A DNA stretch of 64,000 bases. Origin: a virus. Made by a program: the position numbers and the translations under genes. The stretch covers positions 1 to 64,000 of IMG/VR virus record IMGVR_UViG_3300031951_000093; one strand, 5' to 3'. The notes beneath the pieces are model-generated. The model saw nothing but the letters and a program-made list of their open reading frames with translations, was not told the DNA's origin and did no database searches. Position 1 is the first letter of the stretch. Each line of letters begins with the position of its first letter. Shown here one piece after another: positions 60,983 to 64,000 of this stretch.

Positions 60983-61867
60983 ATGCCACGCGGTCGCCGC
61001 CGTACTCAATACGTTAGGGACAACTCTGGTCGCTTCGCCTCGACTCCCGGAGGCGGCCCGTCCAAATCATCGCCAGCAGCCGTCAGGAAGGCCGCTAAGG
61101 CCGCTACGCTGAAGGGCGGCAGCCTGGCCGCTCGGACGAGTCTCAAGCGGTCCAAGGCTAAAATGGCAAGCATAGACAAGGCTGATCAGAGTCTTAAGAC
61201 TTCACTCTCCAAGCGAGCGCAAAAAGGAGCAGTAACTCGCAGTCAAAAAGCCGCTCGTGCCGCGATCAAATCCAGTCGCAAGCGTATTGAACCAACAAGC
61301 GCAACGCTAAAGCGAAACAGGACGGTAAAAGGATTGCTTTTGGTTGGCATAAAAAGAAAAACTAAGTTGATCAAAGAGCTAACCGCTGCAAAAGAAAAGA
61401 GGCAACAAGAGAAAAAAACCGCCGCTAAAGTTAGCGCTGCAATCAAGAAAGGGCCTGTACCGTCAAAATTAAAATCAAAGACAGCGCCACCACCCCCTCC
61501 GCCGTCAATATCTAAAAAGTCAAACGATGGCGAACCTGTATTAGTCCAAAAAGAATCTAAAGCCCCTGGATACAAAATACCAAAACCCCCTGCTGGATAT
61601 AAAGCATCAGAATCGCCTAGCAAGACGCCATCCAAGGGACGGAGAATGGAGGCACGCATTTCTACTATTAGAACAAACCGATTAAGGAAAGATGGATCGC
61701 CAGATCGACAATGGAAAGCGTATCAAACCGAAAAGCGAGCGGCAGAATTCTTGAGAGCTGCCGCTAGATTTGCCGAGCGAAAGGGTATTAGCCTAGATCA
61801 GGCATTGCGAAGCGGCCCAAAAAATAGCACGGCAAAAAGCAGGAAAAAGAAAAGAAATAGGTCTTAA
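60983..61867 (+). CDS. Lys/Arg-rich basic protein, paralog 2
   Basis: MPRGRRRTQYVRDNSGRFASTPGGG N-terminus. Confidence 0.75.
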   Translation: MPRGRRRTQYVRDNSGRFASTPGGGPSKSSPAAVRKAAKAATLKGGSLAARTSLKRSKAKMASIDKADQSLKTSLSKRAQKGAVTRSQKAARAAIKSSRKRIEPTSATLKRNRTVKGLLLVGIKRKTKLIKELTAAKEKRQQEKKTAAKVSAAIKKGPVPSKLKSKTAPPPPPPSISKKSNDGEPVLVQKESKAPGYKIPKPPAGYKASESPSKTPSKGRRMEARISTIRTNRLRKDGSPDRQWKAYQTEKRAAEFLRAAARFAERKGISLDQALRSGPKNSTAKSRKKKRNRS

Positions 61868-61900
61868 CGGGAAAGCTACAGTATGTAACCCAATCTTCTC

Positions 61901-63061
61901 ATGCCACGCGGTCGCCGCCGTACTCAATACGTTAGGGATGCTTCAGGGCAGTTTGCCTCGACTCCCGGCGGTGGCCCGTCCAAATCCTCACCATCGGCCG
62001 TCAGGAAGGCCGCTAAGGCCGCTGCCTTGAAGGGTGGCACGTTAGCCGCTAGAACCTCCCTAAAGAGATCCAAGGCCAAGCTAGCAGCATCTCCCAGTCC
62101 CCAGCAAAAAGGCGCCGTAACTCGTGGACAAAAAGCCGCCCGCGCTGCGATCAAATCCAGCAAAACAAGGCTAAAAACAGGCTCAGAGTCTAAACTTCGC
62201 AAGGGTCTGGCAACAACTCTTTTGACGATGGCGAAGAGCAAGCCCAAAGCGAAACCTGTTGAAGCAAAATCTACCACAAAAGCAAAATCTACTGCTAAAG
62301 CAAAGCCCACTACAAAAACAAAGAAGACCACCACTAAAGCGCAGCCTACGCAGAAAAAAGTAGAAACAAAGCCTAAAACATCAAAGAAAGTAGAAGTAAA
62401 GCAAGTCGATAAAAAGCCGCTGGCCAGGAAGGAGAATCTTGCCGCACAACGCGCTAAGCGAATGGCAGAAAAAACAGGAGTGATTCCTGGCAGCAAGTTT
62501 GAAAGTGGCCAGGCCGTTAAAACAATGAGCCTGAAGGAAATGCGTAGTGCTGTGATTAAGTCTGTCAAAGGAGCAGGCAAGCTTTCAATGGCCGCAATTG
62601 CGGTTGGGGCTGGCACGGGAACAGGTATATCGAGGATAGAATCAGGCCGAATGCCCAAGACGCGCAGTGAGTGGGAAAGGGCCTATCGCGCTTTGGTAAG
62701 GCTGCCCATGAGTGACAGGGGAAGAAAAGAGAAGCCTGGTGTTATCAACGGCATTGATATTCACAAAAACTTTAGGCCATGGGCTGTTTTTGGATTGAAC
62801 CCCAAGACGGCAAGTAAGGCTGATGTAGAACAAGCCTACCGAAGGATAGCAAAAAAGGTGCATCCTGATGCTGGTGGTCGTCAAAAAGATTTTGAACGGA
62901 TTAAGTCTATGCGTGACTCGATCGTTTCAATGAGAAACATAGGTGAACAGATGAAGATCGACGCCAAAAAAAGTAGCCCTAAAACTAGCTCAAAAGCCAA
63001 GAAAAAATCTCAATCTAGAGCCAGGCCTTCTATGCTAATGCTGCCGCCATCCAGATCGTAA
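61901..63061 (+). CDS. Lys/Arg-rich basic protein, paralog 3, with C-terminal J-domain
   Basis: Same N-terminus; PWAVFGL...VEQAYRRIAKKVHPDAGG...FERI DnaJ signature. Confidence 0.8.
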   Translation: MPRGRRRTQYVRDASGQFASTPGGGPSKSSPSAVRKAAKAAALKGGTLAARTSLKRSKAKLAASPSPQQKGAVTRGQKAARAAIKSSKTRLKTGSESKLRKGLATTLLTMAKSKPKAKPVEAKSTTKAKSTAKAKPTTKTKKTTTKAQPTQKKVETKPKTSKKVEVKQVDKKPLARKENLAAQRAKRMAEKTGVIPGSKFESGQAVKTMSLKEMRSAVIKSVKGAGKLSMAAIAVGAGTGTGISRIESGRMPKTRSEWERAYRALVRLPMSDRGRKEKPGVINGIDIHKNFRPWAVFGLNPKTASKADVEQAYRRIAKKVHPDAGGRQKDFERIKSMRDSIVSMRNIGEQMKIDAKKSSPKTSSKAKKKSQSRARPSMLMLPPSRS

Positions 63062-63063
63062 TC

Positions 63064-63534
63064 ATGGCAACACCCTTTGCTCAGTTCCCTGGAATGCGCA
63101 TGGTTTGGCGGCGGCCAACGGATGCCCCCGCTGATCTGCGCGAAGGCATCAGGCCAGCGTTTGATACGGTTGTACTGGAAGCCTATGTTGACACCAGCGG
63201 GCCTAGCAGTGAGCAGCCCCTGGGCGGGCAGCATATTGGATCCGCTAGCGTGGAGGGCAATATCACGCGATGGGCTGTGCTGCCATCGGGAGCAGATTGG
63301 CTGGATGCCGGATCATCGTGGTCATGGGATGATTCGGGGCTGAGACCAGCAGGGTTGCCGAGGGGGGAGAAAATGGCGGCCTTTTTGGGTGCTGTTACAA
63401 GCCTTCCTGATCTAGGCGACGGTGAAGTTGGGTGGTTGACTATTGCTACGATGTCCAGCGAAGGCGGAATTGATGGTATCGTAAGGCAGTTTGCGGGTGA
63501 TGAATTTACCGGCACATTTGCAGCAGGAAGATGA
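63064..63534 (+). CDS. putative head-closure / tail-completion protein
   Basis: Position in the neck module; function is inference. Confidence 0.45.
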   Translation: MATPFAQFPGMRMVWRRPTDAPADLREGIRPAFDTVVLEAYVDTSGPSSEQPLGGQHIGSASVEGNITRWAVLPSGADWLDAGSSWSWDDSGLRPAGLPRGEKMAAFLGAVTSLPDLGDGEVGWLTIATMSSEGGIDGIVRQFAGDEFTGTFAAGR

Positions 63535-64000
63535 AGGCAACGACAAGAGTTAAAGGTGTTAAACTAAACGCATCATTTACCGCAAAAACAAATCTTGCTG
63601 CTGAACGTGCGGCGGCATTTGTGTTTCCTGAAATCAATTCAGCATTCATGGCTGCAATGGGCGCCGAAGTGTGGCAATGGCCGCGCAAAACAAGGCGCAG
63701 CGGTAGTCGCACAAAAGAAGGCAAAAAAACGCCTGGCATTATTGTTGGCAGTCCGCGTAATATCGTAGATCTTGGTACGCTAAGAGCATCAGGTTATTAT
63801 ACAATATCTGGAACATTATGCACATTCAAATGGCCCGTAGTTTATGCTACAGCAGTGCACAATGGCGCCAGAATTCACCCGTGGGGAAACAAAAAGTTGC
63901 CGCTGGTAACTCTACCTCCAAGGCCTTGGACATCTGCTGTATTGGGCACAATTGCAGTGCCTGGCGTTGAGAAGTATCCTTATGGTAAGATGTTTAAGTT
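63531..64000 (+). CDS. HK97 gp10-like neck protein (runs off the window end)
   Basis: SPRNIVDLGTLRAS...YATAVHNG motif; ATG at 63531 overlaps the previous stop. Confidence 0.6.
   Translation, partial: MKATTRVKGVKLNASFTAKTNLAAERAAAFVFPEINSAFMAAMGAEVWQWPRKTRRSGSRTKEGKKTPGIIVGSPRNIVDLGTLRASGYYTISGTLCTFKWPVVYATAVHNGARIHPWGNKKLPLVTLPPRPWTSAVLGTIAVPGVEKYPYGKMFK

Noticed and set aside
61243-62658. Long minus-strand ORFs opposite the basic proteins (also 54548-55042)
   Set aside because: Low-complexity Lys/Ala coding produces stop-poor Phe/Leu/Ala shadows. Unlike the intein antisense ORF, they show no recognisable domain motifs.

Overview
The whole window looks like part of a tailed dsDNA cyanophage genome (siphovirus-like). 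The host is probably a picocyanobacterium, judged from a cyAbrB regulator, cyanobacterial-type nrdJ/dcd/thyX and TTTTCCACA DnaA boxes. Layout: scaffold, major capsid and fibre/lysis-type genes (1-8.3 kb); mostly minus-strand recombination, methylase and early genes (8.3-28.3 kb), including a replication initiator with internal iterons; a plus-strand early/middle region with nucleotide-metabolism genes, two tRNAs and many small cassettes (28.5-49.7 kb); terminase, sigma factor, portal, MuF and head-completion genes (49.8-64 kb). No integrase, DNA polymerase, reverse transcriptase or CRISPR array was recognised. The most striking observation is a 276-aa intein in the MuF head-morphogenesis gene with no endonuclease in its own frame. 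Instead, an HTH + Vsr/DUF559-type endonuclease ORF lies on the opposite strand, codon-for-codon in register, with its own TATAAT inside the intein C-terminal block. Other notable items: a circularly permuted FGE/CLec protein with two DGR-like variable regions but no RT or template repeat; an antisense ~110-bp host topA fragment inside a phage ORF; a family of early promoters with fixed-spacing HLR1/RpaB-like boxes and GAGA hairpins; a CGGGAAAACT late-promoter motif; three tandem 2OG-Fe(II)/cupin-like paralogs next to a DNA methylase; a Rieske-like protein; and three histone-like basic paralogs. All product calls come from motif recognition by eye, not database searches.
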